64,000 bases of DNA, taken from NCBI GenBank assembly GCA_946409545.1, contig CAMJWT010000001.1, forward strand, positions 71,483 to 135,482. The letters run 5' to 3'. The first letter of the stretch is position 1, and the number at the start of each line of letters is the position of its first letter. The notes under the pieces were generated by a model that had not been told where the DNA came from, searched no databases, and was given only the letters and a program-made list of their open reading frames with translations. The DNA comes from an uncultured Clostridia bacterium (GTDB lineage: Bacteria; Bacillota_I; Bacilli_A; RF39; UBA660). The position numbers and the translations under genes are program-made. Positions 17,387 through 26,519 of this stretch are shown piece after piece.

Positions 17387-18661
17387 CTAAAATTCTACCC
17401 ATTGTTCTTCAGGAGAACCTTCTTCAGAAATCTTAGCACTTGTAATATTTCCGTCTTCATCTGATTTATAATCATAAATATTATATTCTCCTTCAGGAAG
17501 AGCTTCTTCATCGGCTACACTATCACCGTTTTCTTGTTTTTTCTTAACGTAGATAGTTGCTCCTAAACCAACAACTAGAACACCTAGGACACCACCAAGA
17601 ATCTTATTCTTGCTGCTACTAATTGTAACTTTTGATCCGTTACCTAAGTCAACATTTTGTGGATTAGTAAATGTGTAACCATATTGTTCAAATGTTCCGC
17701 CATCAATATACTTACCATCTTTATAGATTTGAATCCATTGTTCAGGTTCGCCATCTTTACTAATTCTAATTGCTGTAACATTTGAATTAGAATCAGAAGC
17801 GATAGCGTAAACTTTATATTTACCTGGCTCTAATTGTCCAATTAAATTATTATCTTTATCATAAATAGGAATACCACCACTAGTACAATCGAATGATCCT
17901 ACTTGGTTAGTTTCATAATAAGAACCTACTGGCACACCATCTTGAACAACTCTAATCCATTGTTCAGGTTCTGTTCCATCAGGACTTACCCTAACAGCGA
18001 TAACATTTCCATTTCCATCTTTTAGTTCTTCATAAACTTTATATTGACTTGTTGTTGCTGTTCCCGTTGGATTACCGTTTTCATCAGTAATAATTGTTCC
18101 ATCTTTTGTTACTGTTAATGTTCCTAAACCATTATTTGTTGTTGGGTCAGTAGAATCTGTATTGAATTGATCAATTAAAGAATCAACTGTTGGTGTAACT
18201 GCTACAACTACTTCTTCGTCTTCAGTTGGATTTTCATCAGTTGGCTCTTCCTCGGTTGGAGTCTCATCTGTTGGTTCTTCTTCAGTAGGAGTTTCTGGAT
18301 CTGGTGTCCAATCATCTCCACCGCTCCAGTTGTTATTTCCACGTGGACGACGACTTTCTTCCTCTTCTTCTTCACCATCTTCATCGGTCATAATGATTCC
18401 TTCAAAGACTTGGGCCATTTCCATACCTATTTTGTTAATGCATCCAGCGATTGTTTGATCTGACTCATCTCCAGGTTCACCACACCATTCTTTAGCATCA
18501 AATTTATCACCAATTATTTCTTTAGGCTTAACTTCTACAATTTGTTCATCTGTATTATATTTGTTTATTCTCTCAAAAGCATCAGTTCTTTGTTTTAAAT
18601 TGGCATTTAATATTGTTAGTACATCTGTATCGATTGTTAACATTTCATCACCTATCCTCAT
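17387..18661 (-). CDS. Repeat protein lacking a signal peptide and anchored by one C-terminal TM helix, with an acidic cytoplasmic tail. Paralogous in architecture to 21684..24254.
   Basis: Has an 'EEEEEES...TEEEPTDETPTEEEPTDENPTEDEE' acidic linker. Has repeats 'NVIAVRVSPDGTEPEQWIRV' and 'NVTAIRISKDGEPEQWIQI'. Has the TM helix 'ILGGVLGVLVVGLGATIYV' followed by KKK. The tail 'EGEYNIYDYKSDEDGNITSAKISEEGSPEEQWVEF' repeats the motif. Confidence 0.5.
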   Translation of the reverse strand: MRIGDEMLTIDTDVLTILNANLKQRTDAFERINKYNTDEQIVEVKPKEIIGDKFDAKEWCGEPGDESDQTIAGCINKIGMEMAQVFEGIIMTDEDGEEEEEESRRPRGNNNWSGGDDWTPDPETPTEEEPTDETPTEEEPTDENPTEDEEVVVAVTPTVDSLIDQFNTDSTDPTTNNGLGTLTVTKDGTIITDENGNPTGTATTSQYKVYEELKDGNGNVIAVRVSPDGTEPEQWIRVVQDGVPVGSYYETNQVGSFDCTSGGIPIYDKDNNLIGQLEPGKYKVYAIASDSNSNVTAIRISKDGEPEQWIQIYKDGKYIDGGTFEQYGYTFTNPQNVDLGNGSKVTISSSKNKILGGVLGVLVVGLGATIYVKKKQENGDSVADEEALPEGEYNIYDYKSDEDGNITSAKISEEGSPEEQWVEF

Positions 18662-18775
18662 TATAATTATAAAGTATTATTTGATTGAATGCAATTTTAA
18701 AACAATTATTACAAGAGTTATTTTGTTTATTTTACATTTTTCGTCGATATATCGTGTAAATTTAAAGTATAAAGT

Positions 18776-18804
18776 TTGCATTTATAAAATCTAGATGATA
18801 GAAT
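18776..18804 (+). promoter_or_regulatory. Putative sigma-A promoter for the WXG100 pair
   Basis: TTGCAT, 17-nt spacer, then TAGAAT. Confidence 0.4.
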
Positions 18805-18827
18805 GAAAATAGAGAGGAGTGTATAAT

Positions 18828-19139
18828 ATGGGCATGATTTCAGTTAATCCTGAAAAATTAAATGAATTATCAGAATATTATAGCAATAAATTTGATACAA
18901 CATATAGAGATGTAACAGAAAGATTCGGAACAACTATTGGAAAGTTGTCAACTACTTGGGAAGGTGAGGAGGCAACTACTGCTAATGCAGCATATGAAAA
19001 AATTAAAGCTTCCCTACAAAGAATAGAAGAAAGATCTAACGATATTAAACGTATTGTTGCTGGAAAAGCAACTGGATTCCAAGAAACTGTTGATAATACT
19101 AAGAGAAGTTTCAATCAAATGGATGATGTAAAATTTTAA
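18828..19139 (+). CDS. WXG100 (ESAT-6-like) family protein
   Basis: About 103 aa from the ATG at 18828 (AGGAG 9 nt upstream). Central 'TTWEGEEATTANAAYEKI' W-x-G motif between two predicted helices. Confidence 0.55.
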   Translation: MGMISVNPEKLNELSEYYSNKFDTTYRDVTERFGTTIGKLSTTWEGEEATTANAAYEKIKASLQRIEERSNDIKRIVAGKATGFQETVDNTKRSFNQMDDVKF

Positions 19140-19160
19140 TATAAGGAGTAATTAGTAATT

Positions 19161-19433
19161 ATGGATAATAGAAAGATTAATGTAGAAGAAGCTAAACAAC
19201 AAATTACTGAATTAAAGAATGTTAGAGAAGAGTTAGAAAAAGTTGTTAGTGAACTTGAAACTCAATTCTTAGCAGAATTTTCTAATGCTTATGATAGCCA
19301 AAGAGCTCAAGAATTAAAAGCTAACATTGATGCAATGAAAGTAGAAATTGATAATATTAATAAAGAAACAAATACAATTACACAAATTAGTGAAGAATAT
19401 GTAAGAAGTTCTGAAGCTACTGATGTACAATAA
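19161..19433 (+). CDS. Small helical WXG100-like/EsxB-like partner protein
   Basis: 90 aa, coiled-coil-like. AAGGAG RBS. Lies immediately downstream of the WXG100 gene. Confidence 0.45.
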   Translation: MDNRKINVEEAKQQITELKNVREELEKVVSELETQFLAEFSNAYDSQRAQELKANIDAMKVEIDNINKETNTITQISEEYVRSSEATDVQ

Positions 19434-19458
19434 AAAAAGCTACGGCTTTTTTTATTTT

Positions 19459-19485
19459 CTCTTATTTTAGCACTCTCTATTGACA
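19459..19485 (+). promoter_or_regulatory. CIRCE (HrcA operator) inverted repeat upstream of clpB
   Basis: TTAGCACTC-N9-AAGTGCTAA versus the consensus TTAGCACTC-N9-GAGTGCTAA, one mismatch. Overlaps the -35 of the promoter. Confidence 0.6.
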
Positions 19486-19499
19486 AGTGCTAAAATAGT
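19472..19499 (+). promoter_or_regulatory. Putative sigma-A promoter of clpB
   Basis: TTGACA, 16-nt spacer, then TATAAT. Confidence 0.5.
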
Positions 19500-19527
19500 G
19501 CTATAATCTTTTTAAAGAGGTGAGATT

Positions 19528-21618
19528 ATGATGCAAAATGAAGAGAATGAAAATGTTCTTGAAAAATATGGACGTGATGTAACTAAAGCATCCAAGGATG
19601 GTAAAATTGATCCTGTAATTGGTCGTGATGATGAAATCCGTAGTATTACAAGAATATTATCAAGAAAAACAAAAAATAATCCAGTATTAATAGGAGAACC
19701 TGGTGTTGGTAAAACTGCTATTGTTGAAGGTCTTGCCAATCGTATAGTTAAAGGAGATGTTCCTAATAGTTTAAAGAATAAGACAATTTGGGAACTCGAT
19801 TTAGCAAGTTTAGTAGCAGGTGCCAAATATCGTGGTGAATTTGAGGAAAGATTAAAAAATGTATTAAATGAAATCAAGAAGAGTGAAGGTAATATTATCA
19901 TGTTTATTGATGAAATACATATGATAGTAGGTAATTCTGGCGATGGAGCTATGGATACAGGTAATATTTTAAAACCTATGCTAGCTCGTGGTGAAATTCA
20001 TGTAATTGGTGCAACAACTTTAAATGAATATCGTAAATTCATTGAAAAAGATGGAGCACTAGAACGTCGTTTTCAAAAAATTAAAGTTAGTGAACCAACT
20101 GTAGAAGATACAATAACAATTCTTCGTGGCTTAAAACAAAGATTTGAAATCCATCATGGTGTTAATATTACGGATAAAGCTCTAGTTTCGGCCGCTACTT
20201 TATCTAATCGATATATAACTGATCGTTATCTTCCTGATAAAGCCATTGATTTAATTGATGAAGCTTGTGCAACAATTCGTGTTCAAATGGATTCTGTTCC
20301 TATTGAACTTGATACTTTAACAAGAAAGATATTAAGTTTAGAAATTGAAAGACAAGCAATAAAAAAAGAAAAAGATGAGTTTAGTAAAAAGAGACTTCAA
20401 CAAATTGAAGATGAACTTTATAACTTAAAACAAGATGAAAATAAACTTAAAGAAGCTTGGGAAAAAGAAAAAGGTGTTAATGATAAAATTAAAGCCAAAA
20501 AACAAGAACTAGAAAAAGCTAAATTTACACTTGAAACAGCAGAAAACAATTATGATTTAGAAACAGCAGCTAGATACCGTCATGGGGAAATACCTAGAAT
20601 TGAAAAAGAACTTGCTGAACTAAATAATTTATCAGAAAATAGAATTCTTAGTGATACCGTTAATGAAGAAGATATTGCAGAAGTTATATCTAAGTGGACA
20701 AATATTCCTATTTCTAAATTAATGAGTGGTGAAAGAGAAAAACTTCTTCATTTATATGATAATATGAAAAAATACATTAAAGGACAAGACGAAGCTTTAA
20801 AACTAGTTAGTGAATCTATTTTAAAATCACGTGCTGGTATTAAAGATCCAAATCGTCCTATTGGTTCCTTTATTTTCTTAGGTCCAACTGGTGTTGGTAA
20901 AACAGAAGTTGCTAAAACATTAGCTCTTGAACTATTTGATGATAAAAGTCATATGGTAAGAATTGATATGTCTGAATATATGGAAAAATTTAGTGTATCA
21001 AGACTAATTGGTTCCCCTCCAGGTTATGTTGGCTATGAAGAAGGTGGACAACTTACTGAAGCGGTTAGAAGAAATCCTTATAGTATTGTTTTATTTGATG
21101 AAATTGAAAAAGCTGATACGGAAGTATTAAACTTATTACTACAAATTCTTGATGACGGTCGTATAACTGATTCTAATGGACGTACTGTAGACTTTAAAAA
21201 TACCATAATTATTATGACAAGTAATATTGGTAGTGAAGAAGCTTTATCTGGTGATAAACAAAAAGTCTTAGAAGAATTAAGACATTATTTAAGACCAGAG
21301 TTTATTAATCGTGTTGATGAAATAATTATTTTTAATCCATTATCTAAAGAAGTTATCTATGAAATTCTTGATAAAATAATTGAAGAAATTGAAGAAAGAC
21401 TAAAAGATAAGAATTTAAAAATCAAGTTAACAGAAGAAGCAAGAAACTATTTAGTCGATATTGGTTATGATGTTAATTATGGAGCTAGACCATTAAAAAG
21501 AGCAGTTTCTCGTAGTATCGAGACGATTCTTGCTGAAAAAATCATTAATGGCGAAGTTAAATATGGAGATACTGTTACTTTTGATTATAATGGAGAATTA
21601 TTTGTAAAGAACCTTTAG
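19528..21618 (+). CDS. clpB: Chaperone ClpB (short form lacking the N-terminal domain)
   Basis: Two AAA+ modules ('GEPGVGKT', 'GPTGVGKT') and a long coiled-coil M-domain between NBD1 motifs. 696 aa, which implies no N-domain, as in Mollicutes ClpB. Confidence 0.9.
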   Translation: MMQNEENENVLEKYGRDVTKASKDGKIDPVIGRDDEIRSITRILSRKTKNNPVLIGEPGVGKTAIVEGLANRIVKGDVPNSLKNKTIWELDLASLVAGAKYRGEFEERLKNVLNEIKKSEGNIIMFIDEIHMIVGNSGDGAMDTGNILKPMLARGEIHVIGATTLNEYRKFIEKDGALERRFQKIKVSEPTVEDTITILRGLKQRFEIHHGVNITDKALVSAATLSNRYITDRYLPDKAIDLIDEACATIRVQMDSVPIELDTLTRKILSLEIERQAIKKEKDEFSKKRLQQIEDELYNLKQDENKLKEAWEKEKGVNDKIKAKKQELEKAKFTLETAENNYDLETAARYRHGEIPRIEKELAELNNLSENRILSDTVNEEDIAEVISKWTNIPISKLMSGEREKLLHLYDNMKKYIKGQDEALKLVSESILKSRAGIKDPNRPIGSFIFLGPTGVGKTEVAKTLALELFDDKSHMVRIDMSEYMEKFSVSRLIGSPPGYVGYEEGGQLTEAVRRNPYSIVLFDEIEKADTEVLNLLLQILDDGRITDSNGRTVDFKNTIIIMTSNIGSEEALSGDKQKVLEELRHYLRPEFINRVDEIIIFNPLSKEVIYEILDKIIEEIEERLKDKNLKIKLTEEARNYLVDIGYDVNYGARPLKRAVSRSIETILAEKIINGEVKYGDTVTFDYNGELFVKNL

Positions 21619-21633
21619 AAGGTTCTTTTTTTG
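21607..21633 (+). terminator. rho-independent terminator after clpB
   Basis: agaacc-(tttagaa)-ggttct followed by T7. Confidence 0.5.
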
Positions 21634-21683
21634 TGTTAAAAAAAGATATAATATGCTATACTCTATAATAGAGAGGTGTTGTA

Positions 21684-24254
21684 ATGAGTGATACTAGTAA
21701 TTCTTATGAAATAAAGGATTTGGATGTTAAATCGGTAAGTACAGCAATTAATAATTGTTTAGTTTTACTCTCTGATGAAGAATTGGACTCCATGAGTAGT
21801 TTTTTGTGTTCAGAATCTAATGATATTAAACCGGATTTTCTTAAAATTACACCTTCTGATATAGAAAGCACTTTAATTATGGGTAGAATTTTGCAAGACT
21901 CCAAAAGTTCTAGAAAAACACCAGTGGATTTTAATCAAGTTTTTTATAAAGAAGCTAAAACAACAATGAGTAATGGTTTTTCAAGTTTAAGATCAGTTAT
22001 TGAAAAAATAAATAATTCGATTATTACTTGGAATAATATTTTAAATGAGAATACAGAAATAGATAAAGAATTAGAAGAAATACAAGCTCCAAAAGATGAT
22101 TTACCACCTACTGAATCTAAAATAACTGTTGAAAATGATCTTGTAGGTGTAACTGATACTGGTTCCAAAGTTAACATACCAGCTGGTGAATATGACTATG
22201 GTGAAATAAAGACGGTTAATGGTAAAACCTATATGAAGATAGTAATTAATGGTGTTGAATATTGGGTTTTATTTAAAGATGGAGTTATTGTTTCTTATAT
22301 TGCTTCTTTAATTGATACCAATGTTTATGTTGGTGCTGCTATTGTTGGATTAACTCTTCTTGGAACAGCAATTAATATTCCACCAGGTGATTATAAAATT
22401 CATGATGCTAAAGATATAGATGGTAAAACTTATATTCAAATAGAAGTTAATGGAGAAACCGTTTGGGTATTATTCGAAGATGGTAAAATTGTTCCTTACG
22501 CTGATTCTTCAAATATAACACCTGTAGTAATTGTTACATCAACAATTGTTGGTATAACTGAAAATGGTGAAAAAGTTACAATACCATCAGGAACATACGA
22601 AATCTTAGGTACAAAAACAATTGATGGCAAAACTTATGTCAAAATTAGTATAAATGGTGTTGAATATTGGGTATTATATGAAAATGGCGTAATTGTTCCT
22701 TATAAAGAAACATCAGGTGAAGAAAGAGAGCCATATAATGGAGAATTCAATGATATTTCAATAACAATTTATGTTGATGGTAATCCTATTAATCTAAAGA
22801 GTGGTGAATATACAATCATTTCTACTTTTGAGAGTAATGGACAAACATATGCCGTTATTCTTTATAAAGGAAAATACTATATTGTTTTATTAGATGAAAA
22901 TGGAAATATTGTTGATGGTTCTGATGCTACTCTTGTTAAAGGTGTTTATACAATATTAAATACAGATATTACAATTAATATTGATGGAGAAAAAATCAAT
23001 ATCAAAGCTGGTAAGTATCAAATTATCGCTATTATGGAAATTAATGGTAAACGTTATGGACTTATCTTAATAGATGGTAAATATTATTGGGTATTAATTG
23101 ATGAAAATAATAATATAATTCCTAATAGTGAAGGAGATCCTGTAATAAAACCATCTGTCATTGTTACAGAACCAATTACGATAATAGTAAATGGTGAACC
23201 AGTTACGATTACTCCTGGATCATATGTAATATTAAATATAAAAACAATTGATGGAAAACGTTATGTTCTATTATTGATTAATGGAGTTTATTATTGGGTA
23301 TTAGTAGATGATAATAATAATATTGTTCCAAATGGTGAAGGATTTAAAGCCAATTCAATCGTAATTGTAATAGATAATGATTTAGTAATTATTGTAGATG
23401 GTGAACCAGTTAAAATTACTCCAGGAACGTATACAATCTTAGATGTTCAAATAATTAATGGTAGAAAATATGGTTTAATCTTAATTAATGGAAAATATTA
23501 CTGGGTACCATTAGATGAAAATGATAATATTGTTCCAAATGGTGAAGCAATACCATTTGAAAAAATGACATTTGATTGGGATAGAGAATTAATCTTTATC
23601 ATTAATGGTGAAAAAATTATTGTAAAACCAGGTACATATACAATTCTTCGCGTTATTCATTATGATGATGGAAGTTATGCATATTATGTATTAATAGATG
23701 GTAAATATTATTGGTTCCATTTTGATAAAGATGGTAATTTCAAATATGCATATATTGAAATACCAGGAAATGGTGTTTATACAATTGATACAGAATTAGA
23801 AATAATTGATGAATTAGGTCATGTTGTTGGTATGACTGATCAAACAACATATCATATATATTCTATTATTTATGATGCTGATGGTAATATTATTGCTATT
23901 AGAATCTCACCACCTGGAGAACCTGAAAGATGGATTTATGTAAGAAGTAAAGGAAAAACGGATGGAACATATATTCCAACAGAAGAAGATCCTAGTAAGT
24001 CTAGTGATTCTGTTAAATATTCACACTTTAAAGACCATAAATTAGTATTAGGATGTCTTTTAGGACTTGCATCAGTTATTGGTGGTGCAATAGTTTACAA
24101 AAAGAAGAAAAACTCCAAAGAAAAATTAGAAGAGTATGAGTTAGAAGATGGAGAATATCCTGTATTTGAAGAAGATTTTGATGATGATGGTTCCGTTTCT
24201 CTTCGAATAAATAATGATTCTTCTGAAGATGATTATTGGATGGAGGTTAGATAG
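21684..24254 (+). CDS. Large repeat protein without a signal peptide, with eight tandem ~57-aa beta-rich repeats, a C-terminal TM anchor and an acidic tail
   Basis: 856 aa. Repeats look like 'VNIPAGEY..GKTYMKIVINGVEYWVLFKDGVIV'. Last repeat is 'NIIAIRISPPGEPERWIYV'. The TM helix 'LVLGCLLGLASVIGGAIVY' is followed by KKKK. The tail is 'DGEYPVFEEDFDDDGSVSLRINNDSSEDDYWMEV'. Confidence 0.55.
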   Translation: MSDTSNSYEIKDLDVKSVSTAINNCLVLLSDEELDSMSSFLCSESNDIKPDFLKITPSDIESTLIMGRILQDSKSSRKTPVDFNQVFYKEAKTTMSNGFSSLRSVIEKINNSIITWNNILNENTEIDKELEEIQAPKDDLPPTESKITVENDLVGVTDTGSKVNIPAGEYDYGEIKTVNGKTYMKIVINGVEYWVLFKDGVIVSYIASLIDTNVYVGAAIVGLTLLGTAINIPPGDYKIHDAKDIDGKTYIQIEVNGETVWVLFEDGKIVPYADSSNITPVVIVTSTIVGITENGEKVTIPSGTYEILGTKTIDGKTYVKISINGVEYWVLYENGVIVPYKETSGEEREPYNGEFNDISITIYVDGNPINLKSGEYTIISTFESNGQTYAVILYKGKYYIVLLDENGNIVDGSDATLVKGVYTILNTDITINIDGEKINIKAGKYQIIAIMEINGKRYGLILIDGKYYWVLIDENNNIIPNSEGDPVIKPSVIVTEPITIIVNGEPVTITPGSYVILNIKTIDGKRYVLLLINGVYYWVLVDDNNNIVPNGEGFKANSIVIVIDNDLVIIVDGEPVKITPGTYTILDVQIINGRKYGLILINGKYYWVPLDENDNIVPNGEAIPFEKMTFDWDRELIFIINGEKIIVKPGTYTILRVIHYDDGSYAYYVLIDGKYYWFHFDKDGNFKYAYIEIPGNGVYTIDTELEIIDELGHVVGMTDQTTYHIYSIIYDADGNIIAIRISPPGEPERWIYVRSKGKTDGTYIPTEEDPSKSSDSVKYSHFKDHKLVLGCLLGLASVIGGAIVYKKKKNSKEKLEEYELEDGEYPVFEEDFDDDGSVSLRINNDSSEDDYWMEVR
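22155..23950 (+). repeat. Coding tandem repeat array (8 units of ~165-175 bp) inside 21684..24254
   Basis: Protein-level periodicity '(V/I)x(I/V)(P/K)xGxYxI...(I/N)(D/N)GKxYxxIxINGxxYWVLxDxNxNIVPN'. DNA copies are diverged. Confidence 0.45.
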
Positions 24255-24255
24255 T

Positions 24256-24930
24256 ATGAGTACAATGTCAAGATATACGAATAAAAATGGACCTTTTGCT
24301 CCACCTACAGATAGTGGTCATACTGTTCAAGGTATATTAAATAGTTCGTATTTTAAAAATTTAAGTAAAACTTATGATAAATTATTTAACATTTGTCAAA
24401 AAATTAAAGGCATTCAAAATAGTTTAATTGATGCATCAGGATCTGATATTAATAAAGTTAATGATGATTTAGAGAAAGTTTATAAAGCTTTTAGTGACTT
24501 ACAAGATAAAATTGATAGTCGTGGTAGTATTATGCTTGATAATGCTATTAGATATGATAATGTATATGAAGCTAAACGAAGTTTAATAGGTACAACGATT
24601 AATCATACCGAAACGATTATAAAAAAAGGTAGTGTATATGTTGCTCTAATGTATCGCTACTGGGATACGGTTCGTGAACAAACAGATTTTGTTGAAGGTA
24701 TTGAATATGGAACAGATGGATACATATATTTAAAAGTAAAAAGAACTGTAAGGACAGTTGATCGTCAAAACAAGAATTTATGGGTGTTTGCTAATTTTAA
24801 TGATAACTATGATATGGAAGAAACATCTGACCCTATAATAACTACTTATAATTATGGTCTTAAGGTATTCTTTGATGGAACTTATGAATCTCTTGATAAT
24901 CTAACATTTTTATCTGCAGCACCTAAATAA
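24256..24930 (+). CDS. Hypothetical protein (224 aa)
   Basis: ATG with a GGAGG RBS, overlapping the end of the upstream gene. No recognisable motif. Confidence 0.45.
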   Translation: MSTMSRYTNKNGPFAPPTDSGHTVQGILNSSYFKNLSKTYDKLFNICQKIKGIQNSLIDASGSDINKVNDDLEKVYKAFSDLQDKIDSRGSIMLDNAIRYDNVYEAKRSLIGTTINHTETIIKKGSVYVALMYRYWDTVREQTDFVEGIEYGTDGYIYLKVKRTVRTVDRQNKNLWVFANFNDNYDMEETSDPIITTYNYGLKVFFDGTYESLDNLTFLSAAPK

Positions 24931-25016
24931 AGTGTAAATATAAAAATGAATTAAAGTGATTAATTGATATAAAAAAATGATTATGATATTATAAAAATAT
25001 AAGGAGGATATAAAAC

Positions 25017-25307
25017 ATGGTTAAAATTTCTTATAATTCTAGTAATATGGATAGTGTTATAACTTCATTAAGAACTAAAAAAGCATCTTTTGATGAAAGT
25101 GTTTCTACTGTTACAACAGCTATTCAAACTATTGAAAATGGAAATAACTGGAGTGGAACTGATTATGAGTTAGCAAAGTTAGACTTTGATGCTATTCTTG
25201 CCAATATGACTAAGATTGGAAATAATATAGCAAGTATTGAAGCTGCTTTAACTACAGTACAAACTAATATGGCTGCCAATAAATATGGAGGTAACGGTAA
25301 TGGATAA
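25017..25307 (+). CDS. WXG100 family protein
   Basis: 96 aa. 'NGNNWSGTDYELAKLDFDAI' W-x-G motif between helices. AAGGAGG RBS. Confidence 0.5.
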   Translation: MVKISYNSSNMDSVITSLRTKKASFDESVSTVTTAIQTIENGNNWSGTDYELAKLDFDAILANMTKIGNNIASIEAALTTVQTNMAANKYGGNGNG

Positions 25308-25653
25308 TAATATGACTGCTGCTGCTAATGCAGCTATAAGAGATGTTACATTAGAGATAGATACTGATGCTGTATTAGAGCAACTAGCTATTATGAAAAA
25401 TGTTCTTGGTGAACAAGAAAGAGCTTTATTACAAGATTTTGGTGAAACTTTATCAACAGCTTGGAAAAGTGGTAATGCTACTTTAGTAGCTGGTAAGATT
25501 GAAGAAATCAATACTTCATTTACTACAATGGCAGGAATTATTGATAAACTTGTAGATAAAGTTAATTCATATGTTGCTAATGTTCAAAAAGCAGAAGAAG
25601 TTTCTTTCAATAATGGCGAAGAATCTAGTGCACCTGCTCAAACAGAACAATAA
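25300..25653 (+). CDS. WXG100-like partner protein
   Basis: About 117 aa from the ATG at 25300 (GGAGG 8 nt upstream). Helical, with 'TAWKSGNATL'. Confidence 0.4.
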   Translation: MDNNMTAAANAAIRDVTLEIDTDAVLEQLAIMKNVLGEQERALLQDFGETLSTAWKSGNATLVAGKIEEINTSFTTMAGIIDKLVDKVNSYVANVQKAEEVSFNNGEESSAPAQTEQ

Positions 25654-25690
25654 AAAAAACAAACGTTTATTCGTTTGTTTTTTATTTTTT
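25652..25690. terminator. bidirectional terminator
   Basis: A8, then stem aaacaaacg/cgtttgttt with a tttatt loop, then a T-run. Lies between convergent genes. Confidence 0.55.
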
Positions 25691-26368
25691 TACATATTGT
25701 CTTGGATTTGTTTCTTCAGTAAATAAAGTTGATATTTCATCGATTTCTTCTTTAGAGTAATCTTCACCTAAATTTTGTTCAATATAATTATCACGAATTT
25801 CATGTAATCTTGTTAAAAGACCTTGTAAGTTTTGAAGATGATCTTCTTTTTCATTACATTCATTTAATAAGTTTTTATTATTTTCTAAATCGTTTTCAGC
25901 TTCATGTAAATCTTTAATTGTTCTTTTAGCACTATATTGTTTATCTCCGTATAAATCATTATATGGTTTAAATCTTTCGTTTTCTTGAATCTTTTTATCA
26001 CATACCATACTTGAAGTATGATAAGCTACATAATCAGTTGCCCAAATAAGTATTGGTAAGAATGTAGTAAATGTAATATTACCTGCAATTAGAGATGCAA
26101 TGATTAATCCTATTGTTATAACGGCAACTAAGAGTGCTGGAAGAATATATAAGAATTTTTTCATCTTATTATATTTAGGATATCTCTTTTGAATAGTTTC
26201 ATCTTCCATTAATGTTTCTAATAATTTAATTAATTGTTTCTTATCATTAATTGTTTCTTGAATTTTATTTTTATCAAGTGATTTTAATTCTTCATTTAGT
26301 TTATTAATAGCTGTTTGAACTTTATTTGTTTCATTCTTTAATTTTGTCATAAAAACTCCTTTTGCCAT
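25682..26368 (-). CDS. Hypothetical membrane protein with coiled-coil flanks
   Basis: 228 aa with two central TM helices ('FLYILPALLVAVITIGLIIASLIAG', 'FTTFLPILIWATDYVAY'). Confidence 0.45.
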   Translation of the reverse strand: MAKGVFMTKLKNETNKVQTAINKLNEELKSLDKNKIQETINDKKQLIKLLETLMEDETIQKRYPKYNKMKKFLYILPALLVAVITIGLIIASLIAGNITFTTFLPILIWATDYVAYHTSSMVCDKKIQENERFKPYNDLYGDKQYSAKRTIKDLHEAENDLENNKNLLNECNEKEDHLQNLQGLLTRLHEIRDNYIEQNLGEDYSKEEIDEISTLFTEETNPRQYVKK

Positions 26369-26519
26369 TATTATAGCATGTCTTAGTTTAATATCTAGTA
26401 TTTTTGTAAAGTAATAGTAAAAAAATAATTGATTTAAATAGTTATATATGATATATTACATAACGAGTAAGAAATTACTCCTTGGCGAAAGCCCGTTTAG
26501 TCCAAAAGGAGGTGTAAGG

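Noticed and set aside
22300-22380. Hydrophobic stretch 'YVGAAIVGLTLLGTAI' in the 856-aa protein, considered as a second TM helix
   Set aside because: It aligns with the equivalent beta-rich positions of the other seven repeats ('VIVTSTIVGITENGEKVTIP' and similar), so it is most likely part of repeat 2 rather than a membrane span.
26448-26519. ORF-track N-terminal extension of rpsF (118-aa version starting MIYYITSKK)
   Set aside because: The S6 protein begins at the ATG at 26520 ('MKNYELMFIV'), which has a strong AAAGGAGG RBS. The upstream stretch looks like a structured leader, not coding sequence.
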